A stretch of DNA of 64,000 nt, taken from positions 5,248,001 to 5,312,000 of the forward strand of contig CBDCJH010000002.1 in the NCBI GenBank assembly GCA_965217775.1, written 5' to 3'. A program made the translations under genes and the position numbers. The DNA is from Acidobacteriota bacterium (GTDB lineage Bacteria; Acidobacteriota; UBA6911; RPQK01; JAJDTT01). Of the stretch, positions 55,589 to 64,000 are shown one piece after another (within the stretch, counting starts at the first letter, position 1; each line of letters begins with the position of its first letter). A model generated the notes under the pieces. That model was not told where the DNA came from. It was given only the letters and a program-made list of their open reading frames with translations, and did no database searches.

Positions 55589-56254
55589 TTACGGCGACGC
55601 CTCGTCCGCCAGATTCTGCATCCGCCGAAACGTCTCGCTCGGAGAGGGCGTTCCGAAGATGGCCGAACCGGCCACCAGAATCTCTGCACCGGCCCGGACC
55701 GCATCCTGTGTATTGGCGGGTCCGATGCCGCCGTCGACTTCGATCTTGACCCGGAGATTGTCCCGGGCCGCCATCGCTTTCAATTTTCTCATTTTGTCGA
55801 AGCTCGTGGCAATGAAACGCTGGCCCGAAAAACCTGGATTCACCGACATGATCATGACGTGGTGGCACTTGGGGAGGATCTCCTCCAGGACTCCGACCGG
55901 CGTGTGCGGGTTCAGGGCCACGCCCGGTTTGGCCCCCTTTTCCCGGATCCTGTCCATTAGACGGTCCAAATGCAGAACTGTTTCATATTGGACGCTCAGA
56001 TAGTCCGATCCCGCGTCGATGAAAGCGTCCGCCATCTCTTCGGGGTTGGAGATCATGAGGTGGACATCCAGGACCATGTCGGTCTGCTTGCGCACCGCCT
56101 CGATCACCGGCAGACCGAAGCTCAGGTTGGGGACGAAATGTCCATCCATGACGTCCAAATGCAGGATCCGGGCTCCTGCCTGCTCCATTTCCCTGACGGA
56201 ACCTCCCAGGTCGAGAAAGTCGGCCGAGAGTAGAGACGGGGCGATCCAAGGCAT
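55589..56254 (-). CDS. rpe: Ribulose-phosphate 3-epimerase
   Basis: IAPSLLSADF, HLDVMDGHFVPN, MSVNPGF.GQ, VDGGI. Confidence 0.96.
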   Translation of the reverse strand: MPWIAPSLLSADFLDLGGSVREMEQAGARILHLDVMDGHFVPNLSFGLPVIEAVRKQTDMVLDVHLMISNPEEMADAFIDAGSDYLSVQYETVLHLDRLMDRIREKGAKPGVALNPHTPVGVLEEILPKCHHVMIMSVNPGFSGQRFIATSFDKMRKLKAMAARDNLRVKIEVDGGIGPANTQDAVRAGAEILVAGSAIFGTPSPSETFRRMQNLADEASP

Positions 56255-57012
56255 CAGCTGGCGACCTCCAGAATGATGGTGTCGTTTTCCTTCAACATGT
56301 TTCCCGGCCCGGGGTATTGGCGGACCACCCTGCCCCGAGTCCTCCTGGCCCCTCTGGTGTAATTGACCTGTGGTGACTCGAAGCCGTTCTCCCGAATGAG
56401 GGCCCGGACCCGGTTCAGATCCAAATCCCTGAAATCAGGCATGATGTAGCGTTGGACCCGCTTCTTGCCCACCAGGACGTCGACCCGGGCCGTGAGAACT
56501 TCCGTGGACCCCGGACCAGGGACTTGACGGATGATCTGGTCCGACTCCGCGTCGGCAAGGAAGATCTCGCTGGTGTGTCCTATCTCGTAACCGGACTGTT
56601 GTGTGACCAGGCGAGCGACCCGCTGTGTGGACCCGATAAGAACGGGGACGGGATTGTGTTGCACTCCCAGGCTCACCATCACCTGGACTCGCCCGTTGGC
56701 CTTGATGCGGACGCCTGGAGTGGGAATCTGAGAGACGACGGCACCGTTGGGAATCGACGCGTCGTAGACTTCTCCCGCCACCGCCATCCCCAGGCCGACC
56801 GCTTCGAGTTTCTTGTTTGCCTGTTCCATGTCGACTCGGATGACAGACGGGACCACGACCTCCGTCGCCCGGGTCGCCATGCGCATGCTGATGTTCAGGC
56901 TCAGCAGGAAGACGACCATCAGGACGCCGGCCAACAGGCCCAGCTTGACCACTGAAATAAACGGATTGCGCCGTTTCCCCGAACCCTTCTTCCTACGTCT
57001 CTTGGAGCCCAT
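56254..57012 (-). CDS. PASTA domain-containing protein
   Basis: TM helix followed by three VP...G.V..Q.P.PG modules. Confidence 0.85.
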   Translation of the reverse strand: MGSKRRRKKGSGKRRNPFISVVKLGLLAGVLMVVFLLSLNISMRMATRATEVVVPSVIRVDMEQANKKLEAVGLGMAVAGEVYDASIPNGAVVSQIPTPGVRIKANGRVQVMVSLGVQHNPVPVLIGSTQRVARLVTQQSGYEIGHTSEIFLADAESDQIIRQVPGPGSTEVLTARVDVLVGKKRVQRYIMPDFRDLDLNRVRALIRENGFESPQVNYTRGARRTRGRVVRQYPGPGNMLKENDTIILEVAS

Positions 57013-57086
57013 GCCCGATCTTTGCCTGTGGAGCAAACACGCTACCATACCGTCAGGGGCGACTCCAAGCGTTGGGAGCGGCGACT

Positions 57087-59003
57087 GTGCGCCAGGCTAA
57101 CTGGCACAAGATAGGCGGTGGAAGTCCGCCGAAACGAAGGACTAACCATCCACGTTTCTCCGCGAGCCGTGCGTGGGCACCCGTGAGGGTGTCGGCGAAG
57201 CGTCGGTAGCGGTGCGTATGGGCAGGCTATTGAGCATCGAAAGCTCCATGATCGGAAGTGCCGAGGCTGTAGTCGCGGTCGAAGGCAACACCGGCTGGAC
57301 CGCCCAGGTGAGGGCCGGCCGGGCTCCGCGGTGTCAAAGAACCCAGGCACGTACGCAAATCTTGTTCCGGGACCTGGGAGGGCTTCATTTCACGCCGGGG
57401 GGTCGCCCCGGGGTCGCATGAGAAAGGAGTAACCCGAAACTCATGATGGACGGAACGAAGCAATCGGATTCATCCATAGTAGCGATGAAGCGGGCGAACA
57501 AAGAGGGGCGACCCTCGGCGGAGCCGGTGGAGCGAAGGGATGGAACCAAGGGGAATTCGGTGAGCCAAAGCACGCGCCGGACGCAGAGTCGGGGGAGCGT
57601 GTCCCAAGCGGTGGACCGGATACGGCGAGCGATCGCGAGAAACCCCAAGGAGCGACTGACCGCGCTGCTGCACCATATCACTGTGGAGGCCCTGCGCCGC
57701 TCCTACCTCGGACTGAGGAAGGATGCTGCGCCGGGAATCGATGGGGTACGGTGGGAGGAGTACGGGGCGAAGCTGGAAGAGCGACTGCTGGACCTGCATC
57801 GCCGCGTGCACCGGGGCGCGTACCGAGCGCCTCCCGTCCGGCGGGTGAACATCCCCAAGCCGGATGGAAGGACACGACCGCTCGGCGTGGCCGCGCTGGA
57901 GGACAAGATCCTCCAGAAGGCAGTCGTGGACGAGCTCCTGACGCCGATTTACGAGGCGGAGTTTCTCGGGCTCAGCTACGGGTTCCGGCCCGGACGGAAG
58001 GCGCATGACGCGCTGGATGCACTGGCCTACGGGATCGAACGGCGGAAAGTCAATTGGATCGTGGACGCGGACATTTGGACGTTCTTTGATGCGATCGACC
58101 GGGACTGCCTGATGCAGTTCGTGGAACGGCGGATCGGAGACCGGCGGGTGCTGCGGCTGCTGCGCAAGTGGCTGAACGCCGGGGTGATGGAAGAAGGGAC
58201 CTGGTCGGACACGGGGAGAGGGACGCCTCAGGGCGCCAACGTCTCGCCGGTCATGGCCAACGTGTACCTGCACTACGTGCTGGACCAATGGTTCCATCGG
58301 ACGTGGCGCCCACGAGTCCCCAATGGCGAAGCGATCCTGGTGCGATATGCGGACGACTTCGTGGCCGGATTCCAGAGACGGGCGGACGCGAAACGGTTTC
58401 TCCGAGACCTGGGGGAACGGTGCGCCGAGTTCGGGCTGGAACTGCACCCGGAAAAGACGCGACTGGTGGAGTTCGGACGATTTGCGGCAGCGGATCGGCG
58501 ACGACGCGGGGAGCGGAAACCGGAGACGTTCGACTTTCTGGGGTTCACGCACTACTGTGCGAAGACCCGGAAGGGACGGTTCCGGCTGGGGCGGAAGCCA
58601 AGCGCGAAACGGATGAACCGGACCCTGCAACGGGTGGGGGAGAGGCTGTGGAGACAACGGCACGCGGATCACTGGGAGGTCGGGAAATGGTTGAGCCGGG
58701 TCCTGAACGGCTGGCTGAACTATTTTGCGGTTCCGGGGAGTACGCGCTGGCTGCGAGGTTTCTGCTATCTGCTGCAACGGCGGTGGCTGCGAGCCTTGCG
58801 CCGCCGGTCCCAACGCGACCGCTTCAGCTGGGGACGGTTGCGACGGATGACGGAATTGCTCTGGCCATCCGTGAAGATCCGTCACCCGTGGCCGGGGCAG
58901 CGGTTCCGCTGGCCGTCCACACCCAAGGTAGGAGCCGGATGCCTTAACGGGCACGTCCGGATCTGTGCGGGGGGCGGCAGGAAACTGCCGTTCCTACCGT
59001 GAC
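57087..59003 (+). mobile_element. Group II intron (class E-like), antisense to the host operon
   Basis: 5' GTGCG; domain V GAGCCGGATGCC...GGCACGTCCGGATC; domain VI ending ...CCTACCGTGAC. EBS1 AGTCGC (57271-76) pairs with IBS1 GCGACT (57081-86). Confidence 0.92.
57443..59002 (+). CDS. ltrA: Group II intron reverse transcriptase/maturase (no En domain); true start may be a downstream GTG
   Basis: LTALLHH, APGIDG, IPKPDG..RPLG, SYGFRPGR, GTPQG, RYADD, FDFLGF. Confidence 0.93.
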   Translation: MMDGTKQSDSSIVAMKRANKEGRPSAEPVERRDGTKGNSVSQSTRRTQSRGSVSQAVDRIRRAIARNPKERLTALLHHITVEALRRSYLGLRKDAAPGIDGVRWEEYGAKLEERLLDLHRRVHRGAYRAPPVRRVNIPKPDGRTRPLGVAALEDKILQKAVVDELLTPIYEAEFLGLSYGFRPGRKAHDALDALAYGIERRKVNWIVDADIWTFFDAIDRDCLMQFVERRIGDRRVLRLLRKWLNAGVMEEGTWSDTGRGTPQGANVSPVMANVYLHYVLDQWFHRTWRPRVPNGEAILVRYADDFVAGFQRRADAKRFLRDLGERCAEFGLELHPEKTRLVEFGRFAAADRRRRGERKPETFDFLGFTHYCAKTRKGRFRLGRKPSAKRMNRTLQRVGERLWRQRHADHWEVGKWLSRVLNGWLNYFAVPGSTRWLRGFCYLLQRRWLRALRRRSQRDRFSWGRLRRMTELLWPSVKIRHPWPGQRFRWPSTPKVGAGCLNGHVRICAGGGRKLPFLP

Positions 59004-59073
59004 TTCTTGTCGCCGAACTCCAGAGTAACGAGCGTGTGAGCGTGTGAGGATGTGAGCGTGGAAGCGGCCGTCT

Positions 59074-60384
59074 TCAACCCCCGGTCCCGGGAGGCGTGGG
59101 GGAACTGGGAGTCCCCCCTCCCTTCCGGACCAGACACGCGGCGAAGAACGCCTCGCGCTTCAGGAAATCCTCCCCCGGCTGCCGCAGCAACTTGGCCTCC
59201 GGTTCCACGTCGAGCAGTTCCTCAACCACCCCAAGGTTCTCCTCCGGTTCCGTGGAACAGGTGGCGTAGATCATCTGCCCCCCGGGACGCAGCATTCGAA
59301 AACTGCTCCGCAAAAGGGAACGCTGAATCCGGGCCATTCGTTGGACGTCCTCCTCGGCAAGCCGCCACCGAATGTCCGGGTTGGCCCTCAAGGTGGCGGT
59401 CCCGGTGCAGGGGACATCCAACAGGATGAAGTCGAAGCGGTTCCGGAAAGGGGGGTGGACCAGATCGGCCTGCACGGCCCGGAGTTGCGGGATCCGGTAG
59501 AGGTCGGCTCTGGCTCTCATCTGACGAAGGCGGGACCAGCTGAGGTCACAACTGACAATACGGGAATCGGATCGTTTGCGGGCCTGAAGAATGAACGATT
59601 TCCCCCCGGGAGCCGCGCAGAAATCGCCCAGCACCCGGCACCGGCTGAGGTCGCCGAGGTGAGCGACTGCCTGACTGGCCGGACTCATCAGGAAGCAGTG
59701 ACCTCGACGGTAGAGGGGATGCCTGACGAATGACCTGGAGTTCACTCTGACGCAATGGGGAAGGCGGGGATGAAGTTGAAAGGGGACTCCTTCCCGGTCC
59801 AGCCGCCGGCAGAATTGCTCTCGCGTCGTACGGAATGGATTGACCCAGAGATGCAGCAGCGGCGGGCGGTTGTTTCTCTCCAGGATCGTCTGCGTTCCCT
59901 CGTGGCCGTATCTTGTGAGGTACCGGCGCACAAGCCATTCGGGGTGACTGAAACGGATGGACAGACTCCGGGTGTCGTCCGCTTCCGGAGCAGTGGTCCG
60001 TTTCCGGAGGAAACGACGGAGGACGGCGTTGACCAGGGGTCCGGCGGAGGATTTTCGGAATTCCCTGCAGAGCCGGACCGACTCGTGAACCGCGGCGCGC
60101 TCCGGAATCCTCAGGTAATTGAGTTGAAACAGGCCCACACGCAGGATCTGGAGCACTTCCGGATCCAAGCGGGACCGGGGACGCTCCAACAAAGAATCCA
60201 GTTGATAGTCCAGGAGGGAGCGGTTTCGAAGGACGCCGTAGGCCAGTTCCGTCGCCAGTCGTCTGTCTCGCTCCGGCAGAGAGTCGAAATCGGAGGTTTC
60301 GAAATGGGTTTCCAGGGAGACCCGCCGGCCGCTTTCACTGTCCAGGAGCACCCGCAGGGCCACGGACCTGGCCGTGCGCTTCAC
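59074..60384 (-). CDS. rsmB: 16S rRNA m5C967 methyltransferase RsmB/Sun
   Basis: NusB-like N-domain, FSHPEWL, DFCAAPGGKS, LLDVPCTG, YATCS..PEEN. Confidence 0.9.
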   Translation of the reverse strand: MKRTARSVALRVLLDSESGRRVSLETHFETSDFDSLPERDRRLATELAYGVLRNRSLLDYQLDSLLERPRSRLDPEVLQILRVGLFQLNYLRIPERAAVHESVRLCREFRKSSAGPLVNAVLRRFLRKRTTAPEADDTRSLSIRFSHPEWLVRRYLTRYGHEGTQTILERNNRPPLLHLWVNPFRTTREQFCRRLDREGVPFQLHPRLPHCVRVNSRSFVRHPLYRRGHCFLMSPASQAVAHLGDLSRCRVLGDFCAAPGGKSFILQARKRSDSRIVSCDLSWSRLRQMRARADLYRIPQLRAVQADLVHPPFRNRFDFILLDVPCTGTATLRANPDIRWRLAEEDVQRMARIQRSLLRSSFRMLRPGGQMIYATCSTEPEENLGVVEELLDVEPEAKLLRQPGEDFLKREAFFAACLVRKGGGTPSSPTPPGTGG

Positions 60385-61412
60385 CCGCGAGCTCCCAGCC
60401 GTTCTCCCGTCTTCAGTTTCATCCCGTTGGTGAAGTCCCGGGCCGGCAGGCGGCCCCGGTTGGCCAACTGGAGCTCCAAGAGTTCGAGCGAGCTGTTCTC
60501 ACCGCATCCCACCAGAATGGCCCCCTGTTGGGTGGTGCGAATCTGGCCGCCTGAGACTGGGAAGGCGGAGGCGTGAGGATTGCGGCTTCGCCAGATCTTC
60601 AGGCGCTCCCCGCGAAAACGGGTGAAAGCGCCGGGCCGGGGGTTGAAGGCGCGGATCTGGTCATGGATCCGGCTTGCCGACAGGGTCCAGTCGATACGCG
60701 CGTCCTCCTTCCGGATGAGAGGGGCGAGAGTCGCTCGCTCATGGTCTTGAGGGCGGCCCTGGAGCTCACCCGAGAGGTAGGAGGGCAGGGTTTCGAGCAG
60801 GAGTTCGACACCCTGCCGGGAGAGTTGCCGTTCGAGTTCCCCCGATGTGACGTCGGGTTCGATGGAGGTCCTGGCTTGAGCCAGCACGTCACCCGTATCC
60901 ATGCCCTCGTCCAACTTCATGATGGTCACTCCGGTCTCATTCTCTCCCTTCAGAATGGCGTGGACGACGGGTGCGGCACCGCGGTATCGGGGCAGGAGGG
61001 AGGTGTGGACATTGAGGCTGCCGAAGGCAGGCCAGTCGAAGAACTCGCGCGGAAGGATCTGTCCGAAGGCGACGACCACCATGACCTCGGGCCGAACTTG
61101 CCGGAGGAATTCCAGGGCCTCGACGCTTCCTCGGACCCTGGCACACTGGAAGATCGGCAGCTTGAGCTGCCGGGCCGTGACCTTGACCGGCGGCGGCGAC
61201 AACTTGCGTCCCCTGCCGCTTCTGCGATCCGGCTGAGTGACGACCCCGGCCAACTCCAGGCCGAGGCGGGTTTGATTCTGAGCCAATGCCTCGAGAAACG
61301 TCCGTGCGAAATCGGGCGTCCCCAGAAACAGGACTCGGAGTCTGCGCGGTAGGAATGATCGTAGCGAGAAAGCGGGGAATCGAGGCCGGATTTTCTCGAT
61401 TCGGAGGTGCAT
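60381..61412 (-). CDS. fmt: Methionyl-tRNA formyltransferase (start uncertain)
   Basis: FLGTPDFA, TQPDR..GRG, NVHTSLLPRYRGAAP, MDTGD. Confidence 0.93.
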   Translation of the reverse strand: MHLRIEKIRPRFPAFSLRSFLPRRLRVLFLGTPDFARTFLEALAQNQTRLGLELAGVVTQPDRRSGRGRKLSPPPVKVTARQLKLPIFQCARVRGSVEALEFLRQVRPEVMVVVAFGQILPREFFDWPAFGSLNVHTSLLPRYRGAAPVVHAILKGENETGVTIMKLDEGMDTGDVLAQARTSIEPDVTSGELERQLSRQGVELLLETLPSYLSGELQGRPQDHERATLAPLIRKEDARIDWTLSASRIHDQIRAFNPRPGAFTRFRGERLKIWRSRNPHASAFPVSGGQIRTTQQGAILVGCGENSSLELLELQLANRGRLPARDFTNGMKLKTGERLGARG

Positions 61413-61474
61413 AGTTGTTCTATTCGCCGAGAAATCGAGGAAATATGGATCGATTCTACCGCTTTCGCAGTAGC
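61361..61474. repeat. Long imperfect palindrome flanked by GTAGC direct repeats
   Basis: gaaagcggggaatcga...tttctcgatt pairs with aatcgaggaa...tcgattctaccgctttc; gtagc at 61361-65 and 61470-74. Confidence 0.65.
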
Positions 61475-61502
61475 TCAATTTCTGCGGCGCAGGCTCCTCG
61501 CA

Positions 61503-62012
61503 TCACCAATCCCCGGAGCGGATCAGCTTGCGGATCTTGCGCTTGATCAGGTCTCGTTTGAAGAAGGAAATCCGGTCCAGATAGAGAATCCCGTCCAGGT
61601 GGTCCACCTCATGGCAGAGGGCCCGAGCCAGAAGGTCCTCGGCCTCCAATTCGACCCGATTCCCCCGGGTGTCCTGTCCGGCGATTCGAATCCGCTGCGG
61701 CCGATCCACCAGGGCCGTGAACCCGGGGATGCTGAGGCACCCCTCCTCCCCCTTCTGCTCCCCCTCTGCTTCGAGAATCTCCGGATTGACCAGAATGATC
61801 TGGTTCCCTTTCTCCTCCCCGGCACTGATATCCACGACCAGGAGCCGGAGGTTCACCCCCACCTGTGGAGCCGCCAAGCCGATTCCGGGGGCGGCGTACA
61901 TGGTCTCCAGCATGTCCCGGGCCAACTCTCGCAACTTCCGGTCGAAGGTCTCGACCGGTTCACTCTTGCGTTGAAGTTCGGGAGCCCCGAACTTGAGGAG
62001 GGGTCTCATCAT
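61503..62012 (-). CDS. def: Peptide deformylase
   Basis: GIGLAAPQVG, EGCLSIPG, HEVDHLDG. Confidence 0.97.
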   Translation of the reverse strand: MMRPLLKFGAPELQRKSEPVETFDRKLRELARDMLETMYAAPGIGLAAPQVGVNLRLLVVDISAGEEKGNQIILVNPEILEAEGEQKGEEGCLSIPGFTALVDRPQRIRIAGQDTRGNRVELEAEDLLARALCHEVDHLDGILYLDRISFFKRDLIKRKIRKLIRSGDW

Positions 62013-62039
62013 TCCCGGTTCCTGGAACTCGGGGCGCGG

Positions 62040-63209
62040 TCACATTGCCCGCACCCGCTCCCGGAAGCTTTCCAGGTTGCTCCTGAGTTCGGACAGGTTG
62101 TCTCCGCCGAACTTTTCTTGAATCGCCTGGACCAGAACGATGGCCACCATGGCTTCGCCTATGACTCCGGCCGCTGGAACCACACAGGTGTCCGACCGCT
62201 CGTACTGGGCCTTGAAGGGTTGCTTCGTCTCCAGGTTCACCGACATCAGCGGCCGCTTGAGGGTGGCGATGGGTTTGACCACGGCGCGAACGATGATCTC
62301 CTGGCCGTTGGAAGTCCCTCCCTCGATGCCGCCGGCGCGGTTGGTCTTCCTGTAGAACTCTCTTTTCTGTTCGTCGTAGAAGATCTCGTCGTGAAATTCG
62401 CTGCCCATCGGAGCCTGATCCAAGCCGCTGCCGGTTTCCACCGCCTTGATGGCGTTGATGGACATGAGGGCCTGGGCCATGCGGCCGTCCAGCTTCCGGT
62501 CCCAGTGGACATGGCTCCCCAGTCCCGGGGGAACTCCGGCGGCCCGGACTTCGAACGTACCGCCTATGGTGTCTCCCCGGTCGATGGCGTCGTCCACGGC
62601 CGCCTTCATGGACTCGTCCAGAGCCGGGTCGCAGCAGCGCAGCTCCGAGGACTCGATCCGGGGGATCAGATCGACGGAGACCGAGTCCAGAAGTTGGTCG
62701 GAGATCCGAACGTTCCGGACCGAAATGACATGGCTGTAGACCTGGATTCCCAGCTCCCGGAGCAGCAGCTTGCAGAAGGCGCCGACCGCCACCCGCGAGG
62801 CGGTCTCGCGTGCGCTGGAACGTTCCAGGACGTTGCGCATGTCCTTGAACTGGTACTTCAGAGCGCCCACGAGATCGGCATGTCCCGGCCGCGGCCGGGT
62901 GACCTGCCGCTTGCGGACGCCCTCGGGATTGGGTTCCACGCTCATCACCTCGGTCCAGTTGACCCAGTCCCGGTTGTGGATGATGAAGGCGATGGGTGAT
63001 CCCAGCGTCTCGCCGTTGCGGACACCCGCGAAAATGTCCACTTGGTCGCTCTCTATCTTCATGCGGAGGCCCCGCCCGTATCCGCCCATGCGCCGCCGCA
63101 GATCGGCGTTGATGAAATCCGGGTCGACGGGCACCTGGGCCGGAAAACCCTCTATGGTGGAGATGAGGCCCTTGCCGTGAGACTCGCCGGAAGTCAGGAA
63201 TCGCAACAT
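62040..63209 (-). CDS. aroC: Chorismate synthase
   Basis: MLRFLTSGESHG, RPRPGHAD, ERSSARETA, GGIEGG, ERSD. Confidence 0.97.
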   Translation of the reverse strand: MLRFLTSGESHGKGLISTIEGFPAQVPVDPDFINADLRRRMGGYGRGLRMKIESDQVDIFAGVRNGETLGSPIAFIIHNRDWVNWTEVMSVEPNPEGVRKRQVTRPRPGHADLVGALKYQFKDMRNVLERSSARETASRVAVGAFCKLLLRELGIQVYSHVISVRNVRISDQLLDSVSVDLIPRIESSELRCCDPALDESMKAAVDDAIDRGDTIGGTFEVRAAGVPPGLGSHVHWDRKLDGRMAQALMSINAIKAVETGSGLDQAPMGSEFHDEIFYDEQKREFYRKTNRAGGIEGGTSNGQEIIVRAVVKPIATLKRPLMSVNLETKQPFKAQYERSDTCVVPAAGVIGEAMVAIVLVQAIQEKFGGDNLSELRSNLESFRERVRAM

Positions 63210-63402
63210 GATGTATTTTCCGGAACCTGCTGTTACTAAAGACGTTGCTTGGAAGCGATCCGCCGTCTCTGGTAGAATCTCCGGGCTTTCTCGGCCCGCT
63301 TCCGGCTGCCCCTGATGGCAGCGGTCTCCGCATTGTGGAGACCTCATAGTCTAACATTAATCAGATTGCCGCCGGCGGGAGCGGCCGGGGCCGAGGGTGA
63401 CC

Positions 63403-64000
63403 ATGGGCTTCCTCTACAATATTCTGTACGAGGTCGAGGAGTTCGTCACTCTCACCATCCGAAGCGTCACCAACATCTTCCGCCGTCCACGCTACATCCA
63501 GGATACGTTCCAGCAGATGGAGACGATCGGGGTCCGTTCGATTCTGATCGTGGTCCTGGTCGGTTTTTTCACCGGCGGCGTCCTGGCCTTGCAGACCTCC
63601 AAATCGCTCAAGGCATTCGGCGCCGTGAATCTGATGGGACAACTGATCTCCCTGTCGCTGATCCGGGAAATGGGACCCGTGCTGACCGCCTTGATGCTGG
63701 CCGGCCGGGCAGGTTCAGGCATTGCCTCGGAGTTGGGATCGATGGTGGTGACCGAGCAGATCAGCGCGATGCGGGCCCTCGGAACGGATCCCGTGAAAAA
63801 GCTGGTGACGCCACGTGTCCTCGCCTGTACCACCATGGTGCCCCTCTTGACCGTGATCGCCGACGTATTCGGACTGATCGGTGGGTGGATCGTTTCGTTC
63901 TACAATCTCCGCTTGAATACGGCCCTCTACTGGAATACGGCCTTTCGAGCCATCGACTACAATATCGTGCTGGAGGGTTTGATGAAGCCGGTCGTTTTCG
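63403..64000 (+). CDS. mlaE: MlaE-family ABC permease, runs off the window end
   Basis: IGVRSI, FTGGVLALQ, REMGPVLTALMLAGRAGSGIASELGSM.VTEQI.AM. Confidence 0.9.
   Translation, partial: MGFLYNILYEVEEFVTLTIRSVTNIFRRPRYIQDTFQQMETIGVRSILIVVLVGFFTGGVLALQTSKSLKAFGAVNLMGQLISLSLIREMGPVLTALMLAGRAGSGIASELGSMVVTEQISAMRALGTDPVKKLVTPRVLACTTMVPLLTVIADVFGLIGGWIVSFYNLRLNTALYWNTAFRAIDYNIVLEGLMKPVVF

Noticed and set aside
59030-59060. Short tandem repeats (gagcgtgt x~4; also ctcctca at 2133-2166)
   Set aside because: Short, imperfect and intergenic; no support for phase variation.

Overview
GC-rich bacterial chromosomal window, most likely Acidobacteriota (acidobacterial VWA protein, many Tat/secreted enzymes). 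It is rich in eukaryote-like repeat proteins (ankyrin, TPR, NHL, plant-type LRR, FG-GAP, PQQ); by inference this resembles host-associated (e.g. sponge) symbionts. Core genes: batD/batE-like, bioF-bioD-bioA, infA, tRNA-Cys, thyA-folA, and an aroC-def-fmt-rsmB-PASTA-rpe-bamD-valS-nadC-birA-ftsY run, plus a partial mlaE. An accessory stretch at ~21.9-38.4 kb holds repeat surface proteins, pseudogenes, a toxin-antitoxin pair and a degenerate tRNA-Leu. Main signals: (1) a REP-associated tyrosine transposase (RAYT) between GGGACAGTC end motifs, flanked by diverged duplicate copies of both neighbouring gene ends, with the same motif recurring at junctions in the accessory stretch; (2) a group II intron whose EBS1/EBS2 match a REP hairpin and which sits in that hairpin's loop; (3) a 158-bp ERIC-like MITE in four copies, one inserted in frame in a protein and one supplying a C-terminus; (4) a five-copy, fixed-spacing, ECF-type promoter motif upstream of secreted genes; (5) two 11-6-11 tyrosine-recombinase-like sites bracketing the NHL/LRR genes; (6) a palindromic insert that breaks the def-coupled start of fmt. 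All calls are by eye; no database searches were run.
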